A DNA stretch of 63,890 nucleotides, counting the filler, from Octopus bimaculoides (lineage: Eukaryota): the NCBI RefSeq assembly GCF_001194135.2. It is 6 parts of 6 records of this genome, joined end to end, with 100 filler letters (N's around TTAATTAATTAA, not from the genome) between each part and the next. Parts side by side here need not be neighbours in the genome. Positions count along the whole stretch, not along the records: positions 1 to 26,121 come from NC_068981.1; 5 more parts are not named here. One strand, 5' to 3'. The translations under genes were made by a program, and so were the position numbers. The notes beneath the pieces were generated by a model. It ran no database searches. It worked only from the letters and a program-made list of their open reading frames with translations, and had not been told where the DNA came from. This document shows, piece after piece, positions 1-13,106 of the stretch; positions within the stretch are counted from its first letter, which is position 1, and each line of letters begins with the position of its first letter.

Positions 1-510
1 TATATATATATATATATATTATTTAATGCACACAATATATAGTTATGAGCCACTAATAGTTTCAAGTATTGTAGATGTAGTCTAGGCAAGTTTTAATAAC
101 GTGCCTTCTGTCTCCAAGCAGTCTTCAGACTCTGAGCACTTGGCCTATACAGTTTACAAATGAGGATGCTAGAACAAGAGAAATCATAAGAAAAAAAACG
201 AGGAGGTAGATGCAAAAAGTGAAAGGGTGGAAAAAATAAAAAAACAGAGAAAAAGAAGTAAAAAGAAAATTGGAGTTATGTCCCCTTCGACCATAGAGCC
301 ACATTAAAGCTAGTTGTTGTAGAATGAATTAGTCAATGGAGAGGGGTCCAAAGTCTGCAATACAGCTGCTCAATCCAGAGAAGGTGGTGTCCTCCAGTTT
401 GCCAAAAGAGATTTGTTCACATGTTTGTATTTGCTGAAAATTTCTGATCTAGAATTCTTAGATCTAAAAGGGATATGCAATCTTTCTGCTACGTATAAGT
501 TGGACACCCT

Positions 511-1203
511 ATCATCATCATCATCATCATCGTTTAACGTCCGCTTTCCATGCTAGCATGGGTTGGACGATTTGACTGAGGACTGGTGAAACTGGATGGC
601 AACACCAGGCTCCAATCTAATTTGGCAGAGTTTCTACAGCTGGATGCCCTTCCTAACGCCAACCACTCAGAGAGTGTAGTGGGTGCTTTTACGTGTCACC
701 CGCAAGAAAACGNNNNNNNNNNNNNNNNNNNNNNNNNNNNNNNNNNNNNNNNNNNNNNNNNNNNNNNNNNNNNNNNNNNNNNNNNNNNNNNNNNCCCGCA
801 CAAGCCAGTCCAGGGGCACTGGCAACGATCTCGCTCGAAAATCCTACGGGAGCCAGTCAGGCGGTACTGGCAACGGCCACGCTCAAAATGGTGCATCTCA
901 TGTGCCACCCACACAAGAGCCAGTCCAGGGGCACTGGCTACGATCTTACTTGGCTTGCCGGGTCTTCTCATGCACAGCACATTTCCAAAGGTCTCGGTCA
1001 GTGGTCATCGTCTCGGTGAGGCCCAATGTACGAAGGTCTTGCCTCACCACCTCAGCCCAGGTCTTCCTGGGCCTACCTCTTCCACGGGTTCCCTCAACTT
1101 TTAGGGTGTGGCACTTTTTCACGCAGCTATCCTCATCCATTCTCACCACATGTCCATACCAGCGCAATCGTCTCTCTTGCACACCACAACTGATGCTTCT
1201 TCT
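511..1203 (-). mobile_element. RTE-clade LINE, 5'-truncated: ORF2 C-terminus, 3' UTR, (GAT)n tail (young copy)
   Basis: Minus ORF 946-1182 ERRLRWYGHVVRMDEDSCVKKCHTLKVEGTRGRGRPRKTW is the typical RTE post-RT motif. (ATC)n tail at 511-531. Tail sequence nearly identical to 26038-26121 and 28365-28505. Confidence 0.85.
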
Positions 1204-1317
1204 AATGTTCAGCTTATATATACTACAGTACAGCTGTGAAAGCAGCAGAGAGATTGGGTATTACTACCTTTATAAGACAGAAAAATGTTGTTGACAGACA
1301 TATATATATATCTATAT

Positions 1318-2259
1318 ATCATCATCATCATCATTATCATTGTCGCTTGACATCCGTTGTCCATGGGTTGGATGGTCTGACTGAGAACTGGCAAACCAGG
1401 AGGATGCACCAGGCTCCAATCTGATTTGGCAAGGTTTCTACAGCTGGATGCCTTTCCTAATGCCAACCACTCCAAGTGTGTAATGGGTACCTTTTATGTG
1501 CCACTGGCATGGAAGCCTGTCAGGTGGCACTGGCATCAGCCATGCTTGAATGGTACTTTTCACGTGCTTCCAGCATAGGAACCAGTCAGCACTAGAGGCT
1601 AGTCAGGCGGCACTGACATTGGCCATACTCGAATGGTGCTTTTTACATGTTACTGGCACGGGTGCCAGTCAGGCAGCACTGTTATCAGCCCCACTTGAAT
1701 GGAGTTTTTTACCTACCACTGGTACAGGTGCTAATCAGGTGGCACTGGCATCAGCCACAACTACGATTTCACTCAGTTCAACAAATCTTTAGTAGCACAC
1801 CATATCACCCAACAATTGAAGGGTGCTTTTCAACAGGCCAGGTATGTGACACTGGCATTGGCTACGACTACAATCTCATTTGGCTTGCCAGGTCTTCTTA
1901 AGCACGGCATATCTCCAAAGGTCTCGATTGTTCGTCATTGCCTCCGTGAGGCCCAATGTTCAAAGGTCATGCTTCACCACCTCATCCCATGTCTTCCTGG
2001 GTCTACCTCTTCCACAGGTGCTTCCCACTGTTAGGGTGTGACACTTCTTCACACAACTGTCCTCATCCATGCACATCACATGACCATACTAGCGCAGTTG
2101 TCTCTCTTGCACACCACATCTGATACGTATTTCAATTTTTGTCTCAGGGCGCTTACACTCTGTTGTGTATGTGCACTGACATTACACACCCTGCAAGCAT
2201 ACTAGCTTCATTTCTTTCAAGCTTATCAAGCCTATGCATGTCCTCAGCAGTCCCACAGT

Positions 2260-2261
<2 letters not shown>
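1318..2261 (-). mobile_element. RTE-clade LINE 3' fragment (older copy, same family)
   Basis: Homologous to 511-1203 and 61495-61925; (ATC)n tail at 1318; flanked by (TA)n on both sides. Confidence 0.85.
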
Positions 2262-2296
<35 letters not shown>

Positions 2297-2662
2297 AAGA
2301 AAAGCAACAAAAATTCAATAGGTTATAGCAGTATGTACGTTTCTTACAAACTTCATTTATTTATGTAGTGAGAGCACCACATAAAATGTGCAATGAAAAT
2401 GTACTCCTCAGCTGCACACAGGGTGCTCATAAACTACCTTTGCAATTTGGAAAATTCAGGGAAAAAAAAACAAAAACAAGGATAGCTCATCAGGTTGCAT
2501 GCAAGCAATGGTGCCCACATCGAAGTGTTCTGATGTTTCTAATAATACTTTATTTGATTGTCTATGTTATCCAATGAACTCTGCTCAGTTATCCTTCTTT
2601 TTTTTTCTGAATTTTTCAAATTGTAAAGGTAGTTTATGAACATGCTGTGTACACAACAGACA

Positions 2663-2698
<36 letters not shown>

Positions 2699-2872
2699 TA
2701 TACTAAAATTGTGGTCACTAATTGAGTTTCATACTCTGCACTGTTTCAGGTGATATTTAAGTTTGAAAATATATGCCAATAAACTGTACACCATATATTG
2801 AGTACTGTCTTTCTCTTACCTCTACAAACCCCAACATTTGGAGATATTAATTTATCTGTTTTATCTTTGCAG

Positions 2873-2962
2873 AGAAAGTTTGCTCTAAGTCCACAAACTT
2901 CGTCTGAAAAATTCTTTGAAAATCTTCAAAAATTCATCAGAGACTATATAAATATTACTTAA
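2873..2962 (+). CDS. Candidate terminal coding exon of an unidentified upstream gene (RKFALSPQTSSEKFFENLQKFIRDYINIT*)
   Basis: Polypyrimidine acceptor tttatctgttttatctttgcAG, 29 open codons in phase 0, TAA at 2960-2962, then AT-rich UTR-like sequence. No homolog recognised. Confidence 0.4.
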   Translation, partial: RKFALSPQTSSEKFFENLQKFIRDYINIT

Positions 2963-4167
2963 AGTAACAAAATATTTCCAAAATCTAAAAAAAAAGATGT
3001 ATTTAAAAAGATACAAAAACAAAAGGTGCTACACTTTTTTTTTCCTTTAATTTAAGAAAACAAGCAAAACATTTCCACATTTATATAAAATGAAAACAAA
3101 AGGTGCTTGTTTGAACTCTTGATTAAAAATATTCTAGCCAACTTCAGATATGTATGATGTAGTATAGATAAAAAATCTGGTAATTCTACATGCTTCAGTG
3201 TGCCATACTGATAAAATTCATAAGTTCACAGATGATTTGTTAGCATTACATTGAACATCCAACTGTAAAAGAAATTGTTCCTACAAAATCTATTCTACCA
3301 ATGGTTAGAAGCAATGAGTGCAGGAGCTTCTGAGTTGTTGCTTGTCTTGTTAGATAATAGATGTCAAGTCCTCTTTAAATCCTATTCTCTCATATTGAAA
3401 TAAAAAAAAAAGCTTTAGATAATATAATCCTATACACACCAGAACTGAAAAAACACAATAAGGAAAAAAGAAGAAGAAAAACACAAGATGGGATGGTTAC
3501 AAAGGTTACAAGAGGAACACTTTTGATTATAAGCTTATTTCATCGGAACTGACCTGAAGCTAACTGGCAACTACAACAACTGGATTTGGAGAGACCATTC
3601 CATCGTTTGTCATTTAGACTACCAAATATTGCACACACACACACATATATAAATAAGGGGACTAGATAGCATCAGTTTTTCTAAAAAAGCACAATATATA
3701 TTTTTATGAGTTAGTAATAGTTTCATGCAATGAAAACTGCTCAGACAGCATTTTAAAACACGTCTGGTGCCTTCACGCAATCCTAATGTACAGGCTAGTC
3801 TGGGGATTGCAAAAAGACAGCAGACATGTTAAAAAATGCTGAGATCTTTTCATCGCATGTATTTATCTCTCACCAAATGGAGTACTTTATTTGTTAATCT
3901 TACCATCACAGAACAGTACACTATATATACATATATATATATTGAGAAAAAAGGTCATCAGAATTTTGGAAAAAAATCTTTATTTCTTCATTATCATTAG
4001 TGCTTTTGTTCCATTCTAAAACTTGCCAAATTTGACAAGTTCTAGAAAGGAACAAAAGCGCTAATAATAATGAAGAAATAAAAGGATTTTTTTCCAAAAT
4101 TCTGACAACTTTTCTTCTCAATATTCAATTTCTGTACATCACACCTAACACACACACAAACTCTCTC

Positions 4168-4203
<36 letters not shown>

Positions 4204-4627
4204 NNNNNNNNNNNNNNNNNNNNNNNNNNNNNNNNNNNNNNNNNNNNNNNNNNNNNNNNNNNNNNNNNNNNNNNNNNNNNNNNNNNNNNNNNNNNNNNNN
4301 NNNNNNNNNNNNNNNNNNNNNNNNNNNNNNNNNNNNNNNNNNNNNNNNNNNNNNNNNNNNNNNNNNNNNNNNNNNNNNNNNNNNNNNNNNNNNNNNNNNN
4401 NNNNNNNNNNNNNNNNNNNNNNNNNNNNNNNNNNNNNNNNNNNNNNNNNNNNNNNNNNNNNNNNNNNNNNNNNNNNNNNNNNNNNNNNNNNNNNNNNNNN
4501 NNNNNNNNNNNNNNNNNNNNNNNNNNNNNNNNNNNNNNNNNNNNNNNNNNNNNNNNNNNNNNNNNNNNNNNNNNNNNNNNNNNNNNNNNNNNNNNNNNNN
4601 NNNNNNNNNNNNNNNNNNNNNNNNNNN

Positions 4628-4663
<36 letters not shown>

Positions 4664-4666
4664 TTC

Positions 4667-4709
<43 letters not shown>

Positions 4710-6069
4710 CACACACATAGCGAGAGAGAGAGAGAGACACTTATACACACACATATATCATTGTTATTACACTACACTCTAAAATTGGTGAAAGTGGAGA
4801 ATGTCATAGCAACTTGGATGTCTTGTCACTACGCTTTGCTCGTGCAAAGTTCCAGACGTGCTAAAGAACTATCATGTGAACAACATTTGTCCATTGAACA
4901 AGATCTTGGTTATGCACTTGATCGAACCATGATTGAATTATAACTTGTGCTTGTATGATATTTTCAGTCAGAAATATTTTTGCAAAACTGTCATATGTGG
5001 GACTTATTACACTTTTGAAAGATGCTAAACTGTTGTACTACACTTTGACAATTTTCATCTGAAGTAACTGGGGATTTGATAAGTTTGACCAAAGGAACCA
5101 GCAAAATTAAACATTGAAAAAAATGCATTTGGCCAAATTTGGACATACAACAGTTTATCATAATAGCAACAATGTATATTTTAAGGCGTAATAAAAACTT
5201 CCTACTCGTGGACCCTTTCTGTCAAATTTGTTACTTAGCACTTATACATTGAAACCCTGCAAGAGGTTAACTCATATTTCTGTGACTCCACAGTGAACTA
5301 GCTATCAATAATTTTTCAGAAAAGGAGTAATATTCAATACAACCGGTGAATTATTGGTACTTATTTCATCAACCCAGAAATACTAAAAATTCAACCACAA
5401 CAGATTTTGAACTCAGAACATAGAGACAACTAAATACAACAATTATCTCAACTCAGTTCCCAACTATATCTGTTACATAAATATCAAATCCTTGATAGTT
5501 AGGTACAGGCACATCTGTGCAGGTTGCCTTGTGAATGAAACTTAAAGAAAAATATACAGAAGCCTGTCAGAGGAAGCATTCCTGTTCTTGAGTAACAGAA
5601 TTAATCCATCAGCTGATTTCACACCATTGCTGCCTGGTGGTTTGGCCTCCAGTTTGAGGACTACTTCCTTCCTTTCTCCCTTAGCGTTAGAGCCCAGAGG
5701 CCTTGAAAAATATGATCAGTGCCAGCCTTTCTTCTGCGCATAAAGCCTAAAAGAAAAGTTGAGTATATTTTGCTTGAGGTGCGAGGAGTTTGATCTAGAA
5801 TAAATTGTTGCACACTAATAATAATAACATGTAAATGATATTGAAAATTATAGCTCAAATTTAAACATCTGCTGGAACCATTTATGGTCTTCTGGTCTAA
5901 GATTGAGTACTAAAGTAGCTTCATCTCATTCTATACTCTTCATGTGTAGAAGGATTTGAGCTTGATACCTTGGCACTGCAAAGTAATGGAACACTTATTA
6001 ACTGTTCTTCCAAGCTCCTTACAGCTGGTTCCCATGCCTATGGTACCATTTTATAGCTAAGCGGAATAA

Positions 6070-6376
6070 TCCTTCTGTTACCATATTTTGTCGAAATACA
6101 CTATCTTCGTTACGAATAATTTTGAAAATAATGAAGAATTTACTAAAACAACTTTGACGACATTAAGCAACATAAGCAAGGGAGGCAAATCTGTTTGCTC
6201 AAATATTAGGAGAAAAAAGGCATCTGTCTGTGCTAGGAAGGTCTTGGCCAAAGTTCTTGATAAAAACATAAATTAACATGAAATTTTGATAGAGGTTTTA
6301 ATTTAGATCACTTTAAAACAGGAAGTTTTGTATTATTGGACTAAAGACAGTCTGAGTTAGGTTGGTATCAAAAGGG
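6070..6376. mobile_element. piggyBac-like MITE carrying an internal RT-derived insertion
   Basis: Ends (ATAA)TCCTTCTGTTACC ... GGTATCAAAAGGG(TTAA): imperfect TIRs with TTAA-type target site. Confidence 0.6.
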
Positions 6377-6484
6377 TTAAACCCTTGCCATTTAACTGTC
6401 ATTGCAAATATTACAACATGTGCAACATCTTAAGTGTGGGAGTTAAGATGTTCAACAGGTTTAAAATATCTTTGATGATTCTGT

Positions 6485-6715
6485 CAGCCCTTTCAATATT
6501 ATCCTGATGACTATCAAATATGATCCTTATTTATTCATATTGTTTGAAATTAATCATGCATTACCTTCTAGCTTCAAGATTTTGTTGAAGCAGTTGTTTA
6601 TATTTAGAATGACACTGTAGGGTAGGTGTGAAAGGCCAGATCTGGCCAGTTTGAACATCAAAAACTAGCAGAATATTTGGGCTGGATATGACCAGTTTAA
6701 ATGCTAAAGGGTTAA
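6485..6715. mobile_element. TTAA-flanked MITE (second family), 5'-degenerate
   Basis: Ends AAATGCTAAAGGGTTAA; homologous along its length to 25377-25605. Confidence 0.6.
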
Positions 6716-6717
6716 GT

Positions 6718-7110
6718 GGGGTGAGCTGGCTGAATAATTAGCATGCTAGGTGAAGAAATGCTTAGTGACATTTCGTCCAACTTTACATTCTGAGTTCAAA
6801 TTCTGCTGAGGTCGACTTTGCTTTTCATCTTTTCAGGGTTGATAAAATAAGTATCAGATGAGCATTGGGGTTGATGTAATCAACTTATACTCTTCCCTGA
6901 AATTGCTGGCCTTGTGCCAAAATTTGAAATCTATATCTCAGCCTCAGTTCCTGCTCTGTAAGTTCTGTGTTCAAAATTCCACCGAGGTCGACTTTGCCTT
7001 CTATCCTTTTGGGGTTGATAAAATAAGTACCTATTGAGCAAGCACTAGGGTCAATATAATCGACTTAGCCTTTCCCTTCGAAATGCTAGCCTTCAGCCAA
7101 AATTTGAAAC
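6718..7110 (+). mobile_element. Two adjacent copies of SINE family B
   Basis: GGTGAGCTGGC...GAGTTCAAATTC...GAGGTCGACTTTGC core shared with 28980-29196. Confidence 0.7.
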
Positions 7111-7489
7111 CAAAATTTCAGCTTGTGTGTGTGCTTTGCTGTTTTCAAAAACTATTTTTATAGAATGTCTAATTGTTACAATATTCACCTATCTTATAGG
7201 AGAATAATGGAAAAGGTTTAGAAAACTTGCATTAGCTTTGACTTTGTTGTTAATTCATTGTTTACCAAAAGCCAAATTTTATGTCAAACTGTTTTATAAT
7301 TTTCCATTTTTATATGATATCTTAAAAAGTAAATAAATACATTCTATTTTCTTTTTGTTATTTTCTTTCATTAATTTTCCCGTATAATATTGATGATTTA
7401 TTGCATGGGCGTGCATGCGTGTGTGTGTGTGCACGCATGTGCCCATGTGTGTGTTATTGACTACGTCATGGTCAGGAATTTTGTGTAAT

Positions 7490-8330
7490 ATCAACATTGA
7501 TCACCTTGATGATCTAACAATCTTCATTGAAGTCAATGCTGCCATCAAAATGCTAAACAAACAAGAAATCTGGACTGAACATTCTAGACGAGAAGTCAAA
7601 GGATATTGGTTACTTCTCTCAAGAGTACTTAATTGCTACAACACAGAGGCAGGGAACCAAGAGTACCTATTTCAACATTGAAAAAAATGTATCATCAAAA
7701 CACTAGCAACAAAAGCAAGGGAGGCAAATCTATTTGCTGAAATAGTGGGAGAAAAAAGCATCTGTCTGTGCTAGGAAGGTCTTGGCCAAAGTTCTTGATA
7801 AAAAAAACTTGTTTATTTGCTTAGGGAAAAACATCAAAAGATCGATCTAAATAATATCAAAGTCACAGTGGGGCTTCTTCGAGGATCAAGCTATTGTCAT
7901 GAACTTTATTATAATTGTACTTTCAAAAGAAATGTAGGGAGCAATGTCAAGACCTCTATATTGCATTTGTAATTTCTCCAAAGTTTTTGTAACCATGAGG
8001 CAGTGAACTACTAAAAAATTTCAAGGTAATTTTTTGTTAGGTGTACCAATCACAAAGCCCCATGGGCTGCAGATTGCCCATGAGTGGCTTTCCACTGTGA
8101 AATTGGAGCCTTTATTGACTGTTTATAAGCTTTGCTCATGGAAAGTTCCATGGAAAGACTGGCTAAAGAACTATCATGTGAACAACATCTGTCCATTGAA
8201 CAAGATCTTGGTTATGCACTTGATCAAACCATGATTGAATTATGACTTGAAATTCGTATGTGGTAAAACACACGTTCGAATTCAATGCTACAAGTAAGTA
8301 TTAAAGATATAAGTTGTCAATGATACTGGG
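7490..8330 (+). mobile_element. Highly decayed RTE-type reverse transcriptase remnant
   Basis: Frame fragments DHLDDLTIFIEVNAAIKML, GRSWPKF/KVLAKV and KKCREQCQDLYIAFV match RTE RT motifs (EVxxAIKxL, GKVLAKV, EKCREQxxxLYIAFVD); multiple stops and deletions. Confidence 0.65.
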
Positions 8331-10699
8331 TTGCCAATTCAAAATTTTAAAATGCACTATTTCAGTAGGTAAAAGGCACTAAAAAGCACCAAATAAAAAG
8401 TGAAAAGGGAAGAGTTTCAGAATGGCTCACCCACATAAGTTGGACTTTTCCCACTTGCACTGAGTTTCCAAACTCTTTTTTTTTTTTTTTTGCCCCATGT
8501 TCTTCAAAATGATGAGGATGGGGGAACCTTTTCTAAAAAAAAAAAATAATTAATTCATAATTTTTTAAGCATCACCCCATTCCCCCTCATACCTTCATGA
8601 CAGCCATCACCATTAAAAAGTTTTTTCTCCTCTTATTATCATATTACATTTTCTGAAACACTTATATNNNNNNNNNNNNNNNNNNNNNNNNNNNNNNNNN
8701 NNNNNNNNNNNNNNNNNNNNNNNNNNNNNNNNNNNNNNNNNNNNNNNNNNNNNNNNNNNNNNNNNNNNNNNNNNNNNNNNNNNNNNNNNNNNNNNNNNNN
8801 NNNNNNNNNNNNNNNNNNNNNNNNNNNNNNNNNNNNNNNNNNNNNNNNNNNNNNNNNNNNNNNNNNNNNNNNNNNNNNNNNNNNNNNNNNNNNNNNNNNN
8901 NNNNNNNNNNNNNNNNNNNNNNNNNNNNNNNNNNNNNNNNNNNNNNNNNNNNNNNNNNNNNNNNNNNNNNNNNNNNNNNNNNNNNNNNNNNNNNNNNNNN
9001 NNNNNNNNNNNNNNNNNNNNNNNNNNNNNNNNNNNNNNNNNNNNNNNNNNNNNNNNNNNNNNNNNNNNNNNNNNNNNNNNNNNNNNNNNNNNNNNNNNNN
9101 NNNNNNNNNNNNNNNNNNNNNNNNNNNNNNNNNNNNNNNNNNNNNNNNNNNNNNNNNNNNNNNNNNNNNNNNNNNNNNNNNNNNNNNNNNNNNNNNNNNN
9201 NNNNNNNNNNNNNNNNNNNNNNNNNNNNNNNNNNNNNNNNNNNNNNNNNNNNNNNNNNNNNNNNNNNNNNNNNNNNNNNNNNNNNNNNNNNNNNNNNNNN
9301 NNNNNNNNNNNNNNNNNNNNNNNNNNNNNNNNNNNNNNNNNNNNNNNNNNGGAAAGCGGACGTTAAACGATGATGATGATGATGATGATGATATTGTTAG
9401 TTTCAACAATCATTTTATTATATTCCACATTCTGAAACATTTTGAATTCACATTTAAAGAAAAAAAGAACAGACATTCTAACCCCCACCCCACCACTACC
9501 ATTCACCATATCTTTCACAATTACAAAAAAAAAAACAAAAAAAAAACAAGTCGATCTGCAATAAACGAAATTAGAAATTTGAAAGAAGTTTCTATAAGTC
9601 AATAATTGCACTCATTTAAAATGTAGAAAAGAATATTTTTAATTGAAGAGAAGTAAAATGAGGCAAAAAAAATATTTTTATGCCATTGTCTGTCTAATAG
9701 TGAAAGGTTTTCATTTTGAATGAGAAAGGTGGAATAAACCAAAGGGCGTTGCGGAAGCTCTATCTGTTGCAAGTGTTAGAGTCTGACATATAGGTGACGA
9801 AGTTCTTAAATTTGTTGGCTGATAGAGCCTCATTGTAATTGAGGATAAGTTCAAAATCCTCTTAATGACGATTTTATATGGTAGTTAAAAGAAGAATGAA
9901 TGCTGTACAAAATCAAGCAGATACTGCTGGAACAGCCTGGGCTATATCTGAGTGGAAGTAGACATTGCTGGCTTTGTTTTGCTTGGCTGAGAGGAAAATC
10001 ATTCTAAAACATTCACACAATTCGGGTGCCTTCCTGAACTTAAAAAGCGAAACATTTTGTTACTGGCACTCATGTGAGAAAATTCGTTTTGGCAATGTGG
10101 TTGTCCCCCTTCTTTTTGGATGAAAGAATGGAAAACATGTACACCTGCACAGCTAACCCCATTTCAATCACAGCTGATATCATCTCATGAAAAGTAACTC
10201 TTCTTTCTCTCCTGAAGAATGTCATAACATTTCATCAGTTTTTCTGTTCTGCAATTTATCATCATCAAACAAACAAGGACAGTATATTTCCTCCAGCATA
10301 GAAGAGGCTATGCACTTCTAGTGAACATATCTGAGGAGTTGTCAATATTGCCAAATACAAGAGTCGGCATGGAACCATCAGTAACAATCTGTGTCTTATA
10401 CTTACATGCATGCATGTATGCATAATACAACCAGTGTCGGTGTGTTCACGTTTCTCTAACTTAGCAGTTGGGTTAAAAAAAACTGATAGAATAAGTACCA
10501 GCCTTGAAAAAATAAAAGTTCTGGTGTTAATTCATGCGGCTAAAATTCTTCAGTGCTGTGCCCTAGTATGACCACAACCTTATGACTGGAACAAGTAAAA
10601 GATAAAAGATCAGTACGGTTATTTTCGTTTAATAGTTTTTTATGTGTGTTTAACATGCTAAACTACAGCTTTGCCTGTACATGACTTGATTGTTAACTC

Positions 10700-11295
10700 T
10701 TTACCTGCACGACCTCAAAGGCTATGCTGGTGCGAGGTTGAACCAACCACTTGCAGAGGCAGTCTGATTGATTTAAAAATCACCAAGGTAGAAGAGAAGA
10801 GTATGGTGCGTAAACCCCGTTTTCTTGCTAGTCAGGGTATCGACATTTACTGTTAAGACTAAGAAAGAAAGACATCTTGGTCAGAAACTGTTTAAAGAAA
10901 AGCACATAAATTCAACGTACAACAATCAGCCATCACACAGGTTTTCTGAAACCTGTCAGCGAGAGAGAGATTGAGAGAATAGCGGTGTATAGAATACGAA
11001 CACAACGAATTATATTAAAGAGAGGGAGAGAAAGATAAAATAACGAAGACACATTGGTATAAATGTCTCTGAATTATAAATAGTTTTTATTTATTTCAAA
11101 CCCTTACGTTTTACAAAATACAAATATTTACATTAATTTCAGACTCGTCTAATTATGCTGTTGTAATCTAAACAGCAGTTATATTAAATGCAGCCAGCAT
11201 TAACCATCGATCTCATTCTTGTAAATAATAGTGAAAGTGCCGGTTTTATTAATGGAAAATTGATATCGTAGGATTTATTTAAATTTATATTGACC
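10700..11295. promoter_or_regulatory. Putative OGFOD3 promoter / 5' UTR region, locally CpG-enriched
   Basis: Directly upstream of exon 1; CpG visibly more frequent over about 10.7-12.7 kb than in the flanking introns. TSS not determinable. Confidence 0.45.
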
Positions 11296-11408
11296 ATGGG
11301 TAAAAGTGGCAAGAAAAATAAGAAACAAACTGCTGACGTGAAAGAAGCGGCTTCTAAAGATCCTAACAACGCATCGAAGAAAAACGTGCGGAATAAACCG
11401 AACTATAA
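11296..11408 (+). CDS. OGFOD3: OGFOD3 coding exon 1 (basic N-terminus MGKSGKKNKKQTADVKEAASKDPNNASKKNVRNKPNYK)
   Basis: ATG at 11296 in accATGG context; 113 nt open frame ending AA|GTATGA (phase-2 donor). It joins in frame to the acceptor at 21928 (AA+A=Lys). Lies in a CpG-enriched region. Confidence 0.85.
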
Positions 11409-13106
11409 GTATGATGATGTATTTCACACTTCTAATTTCCATTTACCCTTTAATTGAACGTATTTATTTAACTCATTGGTGCTCATACTATTTCACAGTT
11501 TATTGTGTATGTCTTATCACTTCTATCTATCTATCTATTTATCTATCTGTCTGTGTGTAGTTTTGTCTGTCCATTCTCAGTATTTAATTTACCCCCAAAT
11601 GCCACTGGGGTCGACTTTACATTTCATCCTTTCTAGGTCGATAAAATAAGTAGCAGTTAAGTACAGGGTCGATGTCATCAACGTACCCCCCACCCACGAA
11701 ATTGTTGTCTTGTATTTGATATTAATATTTAATTTACTTTCTTCCTTACACATACTGAACCTAATCTACTTCCAGTATCAGTGTGATCTCATCAGAAGTT
11801 AAATATAAACAATCGGTAAATCGAATCTTCTGTTTTAAACGATTTCACTTCGAATTGTACGAACACCACAAAACTCCAGTTCACGCCGTTATAATTTAGT
11901 GATTTTGTACCGATATGAAGAACCAATATTAAAGAATAAGGGATATGGTGTTGAAAAATGGCATACAGCACTTAAGGCGGAGGTAAAGAATACGCACGCC
12001 ACCCGTTTTCGGCGTAACCCTAAACATCGGGTGTCCGTATTCTTTAATTTCACCGCACTTAGCTATATTTCTTTTCATTATTTTAATTGAGACTTCACAT
12101 TTCTGAGCTTTGATATATTTCGGCATTGAAAAGGCTCCGAGATTTGAAACCGGAACGTAGAAAGACTAAATATAAACACCATGTCTTTTATCTGTTTCTG
12201 CTGATTTAATGACTTCGTTGCGTGCTGTTTAAACGAACGTCTATCTGCTTATTTAATCAATGCTTTACACGTATTATTTATAAGACCACTGTATACATGC
12301 TGTCAGGATAACGAAGGAACCTACGTGGTCGCTTGACAGGATCGCACGAAATAGTAACCAAATCTCCCTAGAATCACGTTTCTACTGTCTTCAAAAACGA
12401 AGTATAATGCAAAAGATATCTTATATGGCCTAGACATGGCAGCCGCGGTTGGAATGCTTTGTGATCGATGACTGTTGTTCTAGAGCTATACAGTAACACG
12501 TTTTTGAAATAGTCGCGACACTAGTCTACGAAAGAGCATCATGTCACTTGACCTGCTAGAAACAGCAGCTAAATCTCCCTCGAATCTATATCGTCTTAAA
12601 ATGGAAGAACACATTGAATCACATAGTTCTTCATAGACTATCTGAAAAGAAAAGGGAGAGATCATCATGAGTGGAATGTCTTTTATCACAGGTCATTTCT
12701 ATTAGGGATTTGTCGTCGTCTTATGTAGTTAGTCTGTATCGCCGATGTCTAGAATCGTTATCCTTCCCAGGTTTTTGTACTGAGCTGTCGAGATCTAGCT
12801 GTAGATTTCTAAGCACATCCTGGGTAAGCTGGGTGTCTACCCTGATTTCCTTGCATTGCTAACCAGCTGTGAATTAAGTATTTGTCCTGGTAACCGAGCT
12901 TTTCTTTATTCTTTGGACATGTGGAGGTTTCGCAGTCCCAATATTTCTTACATGTAGGGTGGTGAGCTGGTACAATCGTTAGCACGCCGGGCAAAATGCT
13001 GGATAAAATAAGTATCAGGTGAGAACCAGGGTTGATGTAATTGACTTACCCACTTCCATGAACTTGCTGGTCTATGCCAAAATTTGAAACCAATATTTCT
13101 TACATA

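Noticed and set aside
9700-10400. THAP-like fragments on the minus strand (VSLFKFRKAPELC, DGSMPTLVF)
   Set aside because: Fragments are in the wrong order, interrupted by stops, and the C2CH signature is incomplete.
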